A stretch of DNA of 64,000 bases from Rhynchobatus australiae (Eukaryota): positions 85,989,963 to 86,053,962 of the forward strand of contig JAUZTB010000098.1 of the NCBI GenBank assembly GCA_034780895.1, written 5' to 3'. The notes beneath the pieces are model-generated. The model worked only from the letters and a program-made list of their open reading frames with translations. It was not told the origin of the DNA and searched no databases. The first letter of the stretch is position 1; each line of letters starts with the position of its first letter. Below are positions 1 to 12,949 of this stretch, piece by piece. The position numbers were made by a program, and so were the translations under genes.

Positions 1-49
1 ATATTACAAACAACAGAAGTTTCAGCACTTAACCTTGCTGATGTCCAGT

Positions 50-900
50 CAGAAAAACATCCCTCCATTTGATGACCATTGCAGAGAGACAGATGGTGGT
101 ATCACTCCAAGACATTTATTGTAGGTTGTCCACATCTCCAACACATCAGGAGGGTAGGGATCACTTCTAGCCCAATAGATGAACAGTTTGACATGGGGTT
201 GAGGTATTGTTCTTTGAACACTCTCTTCCTCGGGCAGCTGGAACTGGTGGTAGATTTTGTCATTGATGTCTGCCCTCACTGACAGATGGTTCCAAAGATG
301 GTTCTTGTTGACTAGGGTCTTGGCCTAGAACTTATTTGTCATGTACTGGGGGAGCATGCTGAAGAACATTGATCCTCCAGCTGTTTAGTCAATGGCCCAT
401 CCTCTTGTAAGCTTCAGTGAAATAATCAACAGTGGTTTAGAATTAGCCTTCAAGTCCAAATGTATGCAAGCATTTATCTGCCTGTTGTAACTCAGTGACA
501 GAGAGTGGAGTGATCTTGGTTTTTCTGCAGATTAGCTCCATTCCAGCAGGGATCTTGGAAGTGAGGTGAAGCATTTTAGCAAAGCAGATTGGGAAGAGAT
601 TGATTTAGTAACATGGCTTGATTAGCGCAGGTCAATCAGGCAGAGAATGGTGACAAATTATTGAGGACTGCCAACATTGAGAACGAATCATTATAATCCC
701 GTTCGATTGATGGAGCCAAAGACTTTTGTGAAGTTGGAAAAGACTGTGTACAATGCTGCTCCCTACCTTTTTCTTGGATTCATTGTGTGGTGCAAGTCAT
801 GTCCATTTTGCCCTTTTTATGAACAGAATCTGCTTTGTGATTCTGGGACTAAGTGGATGAGGAGAATTTTTCTGAATGACTTTGCTGTTGGCAGATAGTA
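50..900 (-). mobile_element. Decayed RTE-clade LINE, reverse transcriptase region
   Basis: Minus-strand pieces such as LVPESQSRF, FSNFTKVF and SVRADINDKIYHQ resemble the RTE ORF motifs LPESQCGF, FIDLTKAF and SSKADIDEEIQHR. Many stops and frameshifts. Confidence 0.65.
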
Positions 901-1799
901 GGGATACCACTCCCCCCCCCTCCATTACTCCCATTTAAACAGAATTAATTTATCTAACCTGTAAACTCAAAGCAGGTTTATATATCCCACCTCATTAAAC
1001 TTTTAAGTCCTGGCACTACCAGTAAAAGGCAACATTACAAGTATTTGGAAGTGTTTTGAATATATTCTCTGAAGTCATCCCTTACCAATCAATGCAACTT
1101 TAGCCCAGACATATGAAGAAAATCACTTCACTTTGAGGAATGGATTTACACCTAATTCTACTTAAATAATTCTTGAAACGTTAGCATTAGTATGTATTTC
1201 AATTATATACACTCTCCAACCCACCTAACACAATGCAATCTCTTGAGTGATGCAGAAAGCAGATTAAAGATGAATATCTATTTGGGAAAAAGAATCTGGG
1301 AAATCCCTTATCATCTCCCTTAAGAAATCAAAGCTCTTCTGATTGACGATATGCAGCTAAATCTGAAATATTTATAGAATTTGATTCTCAAATATAACTA
1401 GAGAAGACTGAAATAATAATGCAAACGTATCTTTTGGCAATGCAGTGTGGAATTTATTCAACAGAGGGGAAGAGAAGTTGTGACTAAATATTTCTCATTA
1501 TTGCATAATCTGCGATGTATAAAGTAAAGCTTAAGAATAGATGGGAATGTCCTAGTTTTGCCCAGTTCTGATGAAGAGTCATTGACCTGAAAAGCTAACT
1601 GTGTCTTGGCATCATTTTGATCTGTTTCTTCATCATGCTGAGAATGATATTTACTGCAGAATATGAATATCTCTATAGATTACACACATATCCAAAATCT
1701 GGATACTTGAGAATTTTTAAGAGTTGATGTACTTACAGGATGGTTGCTATGGATCAATTGGATAACTTTCNNNNNNNNNNNNNCATGGGATTATGGTTT

Positions 1800-2280
1800 A
1801 GGAGCTACCCAAGAAATGTGAGTACAAACGGCTGACACATTAATGTAGTACTGAATGAGGGCTGTCTTTCAGACGAGACATTGAACTTAATCCTCCACCT
1901 GCTCTCGTGTTCATTTAAAGATGTTGTGTTAATTGAAGGAAAGTAACAAAATCTGTTTCTTTCTCTGTGGATGCAACTTGACCTGATGAGAATTTCCAGC
2001 ATTTTCTGTTTTTGTTTCATACTTCCAGTATGTGCAGCATTCTGCTTTTATTTCACAGCAATGAAATTCTCACTAGTGTCTAGCCAGCACTTATCCCTCA
2101 ATCAACTCCTAAAACAGATGTTTTGGTCACTGTGCTCATTGCTGGCTTTGGGCTATGGACAGCTTGCTAGTGTTTCTCCTTGCATTATAACAGTAAATAT
2201 AGTTCAGAAGGACTTGGGCTGCAGATCACTTTGAGATATCCTGAGTTCATGAATAGCATTACATAAATGCAAGTCTTTCT
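1800..2280 (+). mobile_element. Deu-type (SacSINE1/AmnSINE1-like) SINE interrupted by a foldback repeat at about 1945-2050
   Basis: gtactgaatgagggctgtctttcagacgagacattgaac and cacttatccctcaatcaac...aaaacagatg, ending in an L2-like tail ataaatgcaagtctttct. Confidence 0.55.
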
Positions 2281-2989
2281 TTTAACCTCAGTAGATTGTG
2301 TAACTATTAGAAACCCATTTCACTTAGCAGCTTTAATAGTCTCCAGGGAAAGGACAATGTATTCTCTCATTGGTTATTTTCAGCAAGAGTGATTTAGATA
2401 AAAGGATCTAATTTTAAAATCATTCATTTGTTGTTAATATATGCATGTTTTATATGTTTATATAATTTGCTATTTAGTGCTGGAACTTTCGGATTTCAGT
2501 CAGTCAACACCTATCATTTGTGTTTTCATTTTTTAGAGCCAAGATTCATAATGTGCCTTATAAATGTAGGTTGCATGCTGTAAATCTTTCTCAGCTGCGC
2601 TCCCTTTGGCAAGTTTTGAGACACCTCGGATATTAGTTCAAGTCTCTAATTTGCTCATAAGCCTCCAAATTAAAGGGTTTTTCTGGAAGACCAGCTGTTG
2701 ACATTCTGCTGCTACCTCGTTTTTTTAATCATTTGCCTTTCCCACCAAGTTACTAATGACTGCTTCTCGTGGAGTAAACTACAGTGGAGTTCTGTTTGCA
2801 ACAGGAGTGAGGGGCATCTTGGCTCAGTGGCAGTTTTCCCATTTATTGATTTGAAGATTTATTTGTTTGATCTCCACTGCAGACCTCCTTGATGACTGGA
2901 GTACTAAAACCTCCATACTGATGTCATATCCAGTATAGTGCTCATGCATGACAGGAATTCAGAGTGAATTTCTTTTTGCATCTAAGTTC

Positions 2990-3410
2990 TTGTGCTTCAA
3001 CCTGAAACTTTAAATGTTTGTCTATCCACAGATGCTGCTCAACTTGTTGACCGTTTTCAGAATTATCTGCTTTTATTTGAGATTGCTAGGATCTGCAGTG
3101 CTTTGATTTTCCTTTCTGTGCAGACTGCTTCCTCCTGATTATGATTTATGAATCAGGTTGCCAAGTGGTTGATGTGAAATGGGGTTTACTGTGCAGGAAC
3201 AGTCCAATGCCCAAACTGTTAAAATAAAGTATGGACAAATAGGTTAATCTTATGATTTTAAAAATAAACAACTGCAGATGCTGAAAATCTGAAATAGAAT
3301 CAGAAATTTGTGGATCTGCTCAGCAGATCAGGCAGCATCTGTGCAGAGAGGAACAGAGCTAATCTTTTAATACTATTTTAGATTTCCAGCAGCTGCAATA
3401 TTTTGCTTTT
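2990..3410. repeat. Two copies of the elasmobranch foldback repeat (probably Penelope-associated)
   Basis: ctgcagatgctgaaaatctgaaa...ctcagcagatcaggcagcatctgtg...tagatttccagcagctgca. Related copies at about 1945, 18835, 19975, 26610, 50119 and 57550. Confidence 0.55.
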
Positions 3411-3445
3411 GGACCAGAGAACTGTGTTAATCTTCTTCAAAACGG

Positions 3446-3515
3446 AACATAGAAAATAGAGCAGCACAGCACAGGAACAGGCCCTTCAGCTCATGATGTT
3501 GTGCTGAACTAATAA
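3446..3515 (-). mobile_element. CR1/HER1 LINE 3' tail
   Basis: atagagcagcacagcacaggaacaggcccttcagctcatgatgttgtgctgaac, the reverse complement of the CR1 3' terminus seen repeatedly in this window. Confidence 0.7.
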
Positions 3516-4369
3516 GATCTCCTTATTAGTCACAGGTACATTAAAACACACCGTGACATGCACCTTTTGTGAAGAGTNNNNNNNNNNNNNNNNNNNNNNN
3601 NNNNNNNNNNNNNNNNNNNNNNNNNNNNNNNNNNNGACTGTATAGTAAAACTTTGATAATCTGGTATCTGATTGTTCAGATAGTTCATCCAGTTTACTTA
3701 TTAGCACAGTAAGTCCTTGTTTTCTGTGGACTTACTGTCTGCAGATATGCATACTTGTGAGGTCATCTGTGCATTACTAGGGGTGTGGATTGGATATGCA
3801 GCCACAGGACAAGCTAAAACATACAAACCAAAACTAATTGGGTTCTGTTTTCTGCATTCCCTTTAAATTCACTGGGCGCACTAGAAAATTTATCTTACTC
3901 TGGTATAATATTAAAAAAAAAGTGAAATAAAAGTGTGTTGGAACAATACGAGTAAATGTGATAGTCCAGCTCCACCGACATCCTGAGGATGCTGAATTAT
4001 TGTGTTTCACTCTGTTATGAAAAGCTTGCATTCCTTGTTATGAAAAGCAACTCAAATTGATGAAATATGATTAGGGTTGCATAGTATATAGAGAGACATA
4101 AGCTCTACTTATGTGATAAGGTGGCTGTCTTGCTTTGTTGCATTTATTGTAAGGCATGATTGACTGCCATGGGAATCTATTTGAAAACTTCCCCTTTTAA
4201 AAAGCTGTATGAATAAGGAAGAATAAGACATTTGGGAACATCCAGACTGAGTTTTTTATTAATAACTGGAAGTTACAAGCAAAAATGAAGCTTAAGGGAG
4301 AAAAGTATTCAAGGCTTGAGTAAAACTGTGATTTATATACTATTCTTCATTATCCTGTGAATCCCAAAG

Positions 4370-4705
4370 TCCTTTAAAACCAAAGATGTTATTTTAGGTG
4401 TGAAATCACTGCTCTAATGTAAGAGGCACAGTAGCCAAATAGCTCAAAGAAGGTCATTCAGTGAGATAAAGGAGCAAATGATATTTTAGTTATTTGGCTG
4501 AGGGATAAATGTTGGAGCAAATAATAGTAAAATAGTGCCATGTGAACATGTATGTCCAGAGAAGGTGGGCTGCCACTTGGATTAATATCTCGTCCATATG
4601 ATGGCACCTCTGTTAAGGAAGTATATCCTCAGCTTTGCACTGGAGTATCTGTTAATAAAATGTAGTATCATATCTGGAGTAAGACTTGAGTCAAACACCT
4701 TAATG
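4370..4705 (-). mobile_element. Deu-type SINE, decayed
   Basis: ctgagggataaatgttgg...aatagtgccatg...atggcacctctg...tgcactggagt; similar to 23700-24070. Confidence 0.55.
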
Positions 4706-5209
4706 ATGTATGCACAGGTGTTACCCAGTGAGCTTTGTCTGTGATCTATAAGTCTTCTTATTAATGCAGTAACTAGATTGTAAAGACACAGATCATGGAA
4801 ATCAGCACATTTGGTACTTAGGAGAGACATGGAAAGGAACTTTAATGAAGCATTGACTACATAGCGATTGAATAGGGAAAGGTAAGCAGAGGTTTGACAT
4901 AGACAGAGGTGGGTTTCAAGCAATAGTTTAAAAGCTTTTTCTTGGATTGAGCTGAAGAGTAAAATGGAGCTGCAAAAGAAAATACTACAGAAGGTAGGTA
5001 TCTGAAATGGGCGGAAGATGCTGGAAATAGTTAGCAGGCCAGGGATAACAAAAGTTAGAACTTTCCTCAGATATAAGAGAAGCATTCATTTCCTCAATGG
5101 GATTAAGTGAGAAATGAGAGGAATTGCCTTAAAAGGAACAAAGGAAACCTAGAACAGTGAATCTTTTATTTGAGTCTATAGGGTGGAGGAGTTTATGAGG
5201 CCAAAGAAA

Positions 5210-5560
5210 GAACATAAAACAGTATAGCACTGGAACAGGCCCTTTGGCCCATGATATTGTGCCAAACTAATTAAGTTAATGATGCCTGATTAAACTAATC
5301 CCTTCTGCCTACACATGGTTCATGTCTCTCCATTCTCTGCATATTCATATGCCTATTTAAGAGCTTCTTTGATGCCTTCATCATATCTGCCTCTATCACC
5401 ACCCCTGGCAGTGCATCCTAGGCACCCACAACTCTCTGTGTTTAATAAAATTGCCCTTCACATCTCCTTTTAAACTCTCCTCCTCTCTCACCTTAAATGT
5501 GTGCCCTCTAGTATTAGATAGTTCATGAGAGAAGGATACCAGCTGTCTACTCAGTGACTT
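5210..5560 (-). mobile_element. CR1/HER1 LINE 3' end
   Basis: Minus translation NTRGHTFKVREE...KGNF matches the CR1 C-terminal TRGH.LK...F motif, followed by the 3' tail. Confidence 0.8.
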
Positions 5561-5829
5561 GCAGAGGTAAATTATGTGCAATGAACTGAAGGTAGCTAGA
5601 TTTTCATTAGAGGGTCAAAATTTTATGAGTTGGCTGTTTGCCAAAACATACAACAAATTGATAAATCAAAACAAAATGACCAAAGCAAAAGAGTGGCGGG
5701 CCTAAGTGATGTGTGGAAAATTTAGGGTGAAAACAGAAGGCAGGACAGAAGCCTGAGGAATCCATGACACAGCAGGAAAAGGCCAAAAGATTAATAATCC
5801 AGTAATCTGAGGAGAACACAATAGCTCTG

Positions 5830-6068
5830 ATATTGTTGCAGCCTCGTCTGTGTGGAGTTTGCATGCTTTCCCTGTGACCACATGAGTTTCCCCCAGGTAC
5901 TTTGGTACCCTCCTACGGGCTAAAGACGTGTGAATTGGTAGGTTAATTGGTCACATGAATTCCAAAATGGGGTTAGTGTAGGATTAGTGTATATGAGTGC
6001 TTAATTGTCAGTGGAAGCCTTAAGGGCCAAGTGGCATGTTTCTGTGCTGTATGATTCTATGACTTTAT
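5830..6068 (+). mobile_element. HE1/V-SINE, 5'-truncated
   Basis: gtctgtgtggagtttgcatgctttccctgtgacc V-domain plus CR1-like tail tttctgtgctgtatgattctatgact. Confidence 0.75.
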
Positions 6069-6194
6069 GGCACTATAACTATATTGATCTGCAAAGAGCT
6101 GGCACAGACTTGATGTGTTGAATCATAATCTCCTTTACCACAATTATTGTGTAATGGTTGATGTGAATATTGTAAGGTTTCTTTATTTTGGAAA

Positions 6195-6705
6195 TCTTGC
6201 CCAATATGTTGGTAAAAGATAGAGTCAGAATAAATAGGTCTTTTTCAGATTGGAAGGATATAAGTTGTGGAGTACCCTAAGGATTGATTGTTGGCCCTCA
6301 AATATTTACTGTCTATATTAATGATTTGAAGGTGAGAGCAGAGTGTAGGGTATCCAAATTTGCCAGTGACTGGGGTGAGCCTCAAATGAGAGGACATAAT
6401 TACAAATAAGGGGGTGTACATTTAAAACTGGTGTGTAATAATTTTCTCTCTTTTGAGGGTGGTGAATCTCTGAAATTCTCTAAATCTCCCGACATCTCCT
6501 CCCCCTCCTTCCCTGGGATTATATGGAAGCTAAATCACTCAAGATACTTGAAGAAGAGGTGGATAAAGTTTTGAAGATTGTGGGGAACTGGCTGGGAAGA
6601 GAAGTTGAAACCCAGGATAGATCAACCAGGGTCATATTGAATGTTTGGGCTGGTTTGAGGGGTTGGGTGGCCCACTCCGGCTCCTATTTTCTTGTGTTCT
6701 TCTTG
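6195..6705 (+). mobile_element. Old CR1 LINE fragments
   Basis: Decayed equivalents of SGVPQGSVLGPQLF, ISKFADD and TRGHN, then a 3' UTR ending in ctcctattttcttgtgttctt. Confidence 0.7.
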
Positions 6706-7489
6706 TGACAAAAGAAAAAATCAGCTGAGGGTGGGGATGTAAAACTGCTGTATACAAGCTGGAAAACTTTGGTATGATTCACTGCTATTTTCAGTGCTAC
6801 CATATAATTATTTATTCTTTGCTAAATGTGAATGATTGCTTGGGACAGTGTTTCTGCTGTAGGATGGCTATTGGCGATATTACTGACTGAATGATTAATG
6901 ATTGTTCCTCTGCTTCTATGTTAATAGNNNNNNNNNNNNNNNNNNNNNNNNNNNNNNNNNNNNNNNNNNNNNNNNNNNNNNNNNNNNNNNNNNNNNNNNN
7001 NNNNNNNNNNNNNNNNNNNNNNNNNNNCTCTGCTTCTATGTTAATAGATGGACAAACGTCAAGCAAGTATGTTAAGAGGATGTTTTATGAAGTTTTAAAT
7101 TTTTTTCCATGAATGTTCCACTTAATAATTTCTAGATTTTTGTCCTTCAGGTTTTAAAAAGAAAAACTGAAAGATAAGTATTTTGCTGGGGTGACTCCGA
7201 ATGGCAAAAATATATAGACACAACTGTTTTAGTGTCTAGAACTAAATATGTATGAGCTCTACATCTGGAGTGCATAATCTTTGCAAAGTCAGCACGAAAT
7301 AACCAATCTCTGTTCATTAATTGGTATTATAGATCATATTAATTCAAGGAATATTTGAATAGACATTGTTGTTCCTAGATTGGACTAGCCCTTGCCTTAC
7401 TTGTAATGCAATTGTCTCTGATCATCTGAAGAGGTTAAGATATTTTCTATTTTGGCACTAGTTCAGGTGGTCTGACTCTTGCTTCTGAA

Positions 7490-7870
7490 TCAGAAGATTG
7501 CACTGCAGAGGCTTGATAAAAATCTAGGATGGTGTCTCGCTACAAGGAGTGCGCTAGATTTCAAAGCTGCCGCCTCTCAGATGAACTGTTTACCTGAGGC
7601 CCTCTCTAACTCCTCATGGGTATTAGTAATCTTGTGGAACTATTTCATAGTTCTCCCAGGATTCTGGCCAGTACTTATCCATTATCCGATGTCTCTAAAA
7701 AGATTATGAAGTCATTATCACGTTTCTGTGCCAGCCTGCAGTACAAAAGTTAGTGGCTGGGTTTCTTGCATTGCTCCAGTAAATGCAGTTTGAAAATGCT
7801 TGTTTGGATGCAAAGTCCTTTAAAACATCCTGAGTTCAGGAAATGTATTACAGAAGTGTCAATCTTTCTA
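7490..7870 (+). mobile_element. Deu-type SINE, highly decayed
   Basis: cctctcagatgaactgtttacctgagg...ctggccagtacttatcc...aaagattat pattern with an L2-like tail. Confidence 0.4.
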
Positions 7871-7904
7871 TCTTTTCATTTGCTTTGTCTTGCAAAAACA
7901 TCAG

Positions 7905-8640
7905 GAAGAGTAGACCAAGAGACTCCATGAGCTTGCTCCATCTTTTCATAAGTTTGCAACTGAACTTCTACAAAACTTCCTGGCCTTATTCCCATGTCCC
8001 TTGGCTCCTTCTCATTCACTGAACATTCATAGCCTTCTGTGGCAGTAACTGTTAAAGATTCACAATTTCCTAAGTGAAGAAATATCTTATCTCAGTTTTA
8101 AGTGGCTGACCACTCGTCCTGGAATTATGACTTCTAGGTCTGGAGTCGATTGCTGAAGGAACAGCTTCTGAACACCTGTCCTTCCATTAATGGGTGTTTT
8201 AATGAGAACACTTTCATTCTTCAAATCTCCATTAAGAATAGACCCATTTTACATGATCTCTCCTTATTGGCACACTTTCACTTGAAGAAATAATTCACTG
8301 AAAATTTATGGCACCCCTTAAAATAAATATACATTTTCAAAAGGTGTGTATCCTTTCTGAAGCAAGGAAACCAAAACAAAGTGCTCCAGATGTGGTCTTA
8401 TGAAAGTCCTATATGAATACAGCAGAACTTTCATGCTAAATTCCCCTTGCAATTATAGTTAACATGTTATTTGCCATTCCAGCTGCTTGTATGTTAAGTA
8501 TTTAATTCCTGTATGATATTCCCCGAATGCCGTAACTTCATAATTTTAACTACTAAAGAAACTCTGCCTTTGCAATTTTTCCAACAAATTGGATGACTTC
8601 ACACGTCCCCACATTCTTATAAAAGCACCCTTTCTCAGTT
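7905..8640 (-). mobile_element. Old CR1 LINE 3' portion
   Basis: caggaagagtagacc..., aagattcacaatttcctaagtgaagaaat, ccaaaac...ctccagatgtggtct and tggatgacttcacac, all typical reverse-strand CR1 motifs. Confidence 0.6.
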
Positions 8641-11600
8641 TCTTCTCACAGTTTACTTTTCAACCTAGTTTTATGCCATAAACAAACATGGATGTGCTAA
8701 ACTTGTGCTCCTTATGTAGGACATCCACTAAATCATCCTCAAATTCAAATGGAATGATCACTCTTGCATCAAAACATGGTGACTCTAGTTAAATAATAGT
8801 GATTTATTGTTAATTAGCAAAAACACAAACTAAGGCTACCTGAAATGTGTGTCATCTTTCAGAGTAATATCATTATGAAAGATCGAGCTTCCATCTTTTT
8901 CCTAGGATTTAAAAAAATGCAGTTTTCCAAACCTGATTGCAATTCAGAATTTGCAATGAAGTAGTGGATGGAAATTAGGTTGTATTTAGCTTCAATAGAA
9001 CCAAATTTCAATATATAATGTGCAGCTGCTGCTATAATGTGCATTTTTAATGCTAAAGACTGTGAGTGAATTTCTAGGTGAATAATGTTTGTTTAATAAG
9101 TAATTACCATACTGCACCATCTGGTTCAATTAAAGGGTGCAGATTTGGCATCTCTTAATCTTTGAAACTTTTCAGCGTTTCCATTGTTGGATGAATGAAA
9201 ATCTTCCAAAGCAAATCCAAACAACTGTATTCAGATGTTATTGCCAAGCTATCAGTGTTAAAGGAACTGACAACATGAAAGACCCACCTGCTTTTGTTTT
9301 GCTGTGTGGTTTTCACAATTTTGGTGAAAATACCATCACGCTATTCTGATTTTATATAGAATTACAGAGAGCTGTACAATTTTATAGAGTTACAATAATT
9401 TGGATTTTGTCCAGCAGTAAGGCAACAGCTTTGTATGAGATTGTTCTTACCTGTATGTCCTTAGTTTATGTTTCACCCAGCATGAACTGTAAAAGGAGTT
9501 TCACTACAAAAGTTGAAGATAATTACAGGGTTCATACAACACAGGTGCAGAAGGAGAATGTGCGGAACTGCTAAGAATTTTTCTCTGAGGCGAGGATGTC
9601 TACTTTCATTGCGTTAGGGCATGTGTTCAGTGTTAACAACAGTTCAGTCACTGTACTTGCAAAGACGTGGTTGAGAAGGCTGAACAATAATTTCTTTCAA
9701 AAGTAGCTGCTGTTATTTGAGAGGACCTGCAAACATGGCATGCAGACCAACTGATGTCTGGGCTTCCTTTCTTGAGGGATGGTAAGTGTGGGGTTAATCA
9801 TAACAGTTTTTACTGAGACAGTGTTTGCAACTGTGAAATCATTATTTGCAATTTAATTATTTCCTAATATCAGTCAGCAGAGTTAAACTGCTTTTTGATT
9901 GCTTAATATATTACATATAACATTGTGTAGAAGTAGGAATACAGCTGTTACTTTGCTATTATGAGACTCCCAGCTAACACAAGAATGGCTGCATACAGGA
10001 GCTTTCCACAAGCACATTCGCTGCTTTCCCTGGCAGGTATTTGAGACAGTCTTCTCTCGGCTGAGGAGTGAGGTCCTGCTTGATTTAATATTAAGGAAAT
10101 TGATCAGACAATATTCACTACACACTTGCAATGTGTCCACATGTAGTAATTACTCTGTACTTGATGGGCATGGACCAGGAATTGCTTAAGAAAGGGATTG
10201 TGTCAACTGGAGTAAGGGAGTTTTACCATTGGACCATTATGACAACTGGAAGCTCATTGACATTGAGTCTGCCTGATTTGTGTTTAACCAATTTCCTTAG
10301 TTAATGTTTCTCTTTGCCATCTATGTCTATGGCTCTGACTCCTTGGTTGGGTATATTTACAGTCATGGTGATGAGTGTCTACTATATAAGCAGAAAAGCT
10401 TATAGCTACATATTCTGAATGTCAAGTCTGCTTAGAATAATTGGTATTGGACTTACTTTTATGATCTGGTTTAAGTATCTGAAAGCCATGAGTTGAAATT
10501 TTGTATCATTTTTTATTCAGATGTTGCTTAGTTTTTTAATACCTGACTTCAACATGCAGTAAAAGGCCTGTTGATGAGAACTGTAGGACAGGACTGCTCC
10601 AATCAATCATCTGCTCTCCTCTCTAACTGGATATTTTGATTCAAAAATGGGGGCAGAGCTCTTTGTGACCCTTGGAAATAAGAGCATGAGCCTCTTGTTT
10701 TTAGGTTTTCTCATAAAACATGTCAAAGCTGACACACAGACTGCAAAATTCTTGAATAGTGGTCGGGACCTCAAGCTCTTGTTACTAATGTCCCTCCTTG
10801 ATTTAAAATTGGTGACGTCAAATGTAATGTTTACTATCCTGCTCTGCTGTGATCTGCTGACTGGCCATTTCCAGGGAACAAACTCACTATCCAGCTGGTT
10901 TATGCATCTCAGCCAATGCCATGTAAACCCACTGTGACGTTGTTGGAAATTGATCAGTAATTGAAGTAAGATAGTGCCTAATATTTGAGCAGGTAAATGC
11001 TGTCAACTTGAAACATTGCAGCTGAGCACTTAAACCCTATTGCAATGGCAACTATCATTAAAAACACACAAATATTTTAATCATGGAACAAATGAGTCGA
11101 CTACCCATCCTCTGGAGCCAGTAATATTAAGGTGATTGTGCCTCCAATACAAATTAATTGCCTTAGCTCCAAATTCTTTGATACCCTCACCCAATAACCT
11201 TATAGCGATCTTCCTCTTGGGCTGCCTGTTGTTTCAGAATTGGGTCTTGCATTTGTTCACATTTATACCATTGAAGCAGGTTGTTTCTGAGATGGTGAGC
11301 TTAGTATTGAAAGAAAGCAGAGCCACATGGCTTCAGCTAAGATCACAAGGAGGCAGCTCTTCTTCACTTTACATTGGCCCAGCAGATATGAATTCTGTGG
11401 GAAAAAAAAAACAAATTTATCATCATGTTCCAGAAAATGTGATTTATTGGGAATGGGGAGCTTAGGGAGAAGTTATTTTCCTAACATTCACTCAAAGTTT
11501 GAACCTTTGTTGGTGGAAAGGGGATATTGGGAAGTTGTGCTGGGAGCACACATTTGTAAGACTATCTCTTTCATCTTTAAGGTTAGTAAAGAGTCATTGG

Positions 11601-12539
11601 GACAAATGCTCTTTCCTCGTATCTAATAAATTTCATTGATACCTCTGCTGCTGGTTGCGAGGTTAAGTTCAACGTGCAGAATAGAAATGGAACACACAGA
11701 GTGGGAAGAGTGATTTCTTACACTGCTGATTTAACCAATCTCAATAGGGGAGAGGCCAGCTGGGTTGTGTGAGGGAAGACAAGTGTCATATATTCCTAAT
11801 CATCAGTGGCTGCACTTCACTGGTTATAACAAGCTTTGGGACCCGCTGAGGTTAGGAAATGGGCTAGACAATTGCAAATCTTTTTTTTCTAATGGTTTCT
11901 GCAGGAGGATTGAATCAAATTTAAGAGTGCTTCTTGTAGCTGATCAGAGCTGTACACTTGGGTGTCTTGCTGGTGGGCTGCCCATTGAACCAGCCAGTGG
12001 AGAAGAGGGGAGGAAATACTTGGAACAATGCGCAAACACTCAGTATGTAGATCTGTGTACTAATGCACAATGCTCTCATCACTTCCAAAATTGCACATAA
12101 CAAGATATCAATGCTGATCTCTGTTGAATGACCTAGCTTGGGGCAAGCATGTAATTATCCCTTGCATCAGTCACTTATGTCTCTGGTTGCGTCTGTTTTT
12201 CTCCTGAGGGTGTTCACACCCAATATCAAGTAATTTTTGATCCTATACTGGCAGGGTGCCTTGTGTTTAAATAAAGACTGATATTTGACTGCTGCATACA
12301 TGTAAACAGTGGTTTGTATGTTTGCTTTATTTTAAGTGCAGTATTATTAGCTTTGAACATAAATAGTTACCTATGAGATTCTGGTCTTTTGATTTTATTT
12401 TGCAGTTTATGAACTTGCAGCCTTGGTCACAGACAAATATAGGAGCAGATAGTTGCTCGATCAGAAGGAATCAAGCTTGGTGGCAAGAAAAATGGTTTGA
12501 ATTAATAAATTTTGAGTATAAGGATAAATGTGTTTTAGA

Positions 12540-12855
12540 GTCTTAGAGAAACACAGTACAGGAGATGATCTTTCTGCTCATGAAGTCCAAGCTGACCATT
12601 AGCCACCTATATATGCAAACCTTACAGTAATCTGCTTTATTGTCCCCACATTCTCATCAACTCATCCCTAGATTACATCACTTACCTATTCACAAATGAC
12701 AATTTACAGGGGTCGATTAACCTACCAACCCACAAGTCTTTGAGATGTAGTAGGAAATCGGAGCACATAGAGGAAACACCACGTGGCCACAGGAGAACAT
12801 GCAACCTGACGCAGACAGCACCAGAGGTCAAGGTTTAACTGGGACTCTGGAGCTT
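12540..12855 (-). mobile_element. HE1/V-SINE
   Basis: aggaaatcggagcacatagaggaaac...acaggagaacatgcaacc...cagacagcaccagaggtcaagg. Confidence 0.75.
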
Positions 12856-12949
12856 TATGCCATCCCATTTAAATCTTGGGACATAGGCTTTGCTGGCACG
12901 AATTTCTCAGTCTTCATTCCATGACCTTCAACACAATGGACTACAAGGC

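Noticed and set aside
4582-5085. 167-aa minus-strand ORF
   Set aside because: Overlaps a decayed SINE and resembles no protein family I recognise.
10365-10420. GTGATGA...CTGA box C/D-like pair
   Set aside because: Only about 51 nt, with a minimal terminal stem and no recognisable rRNA antisense element.
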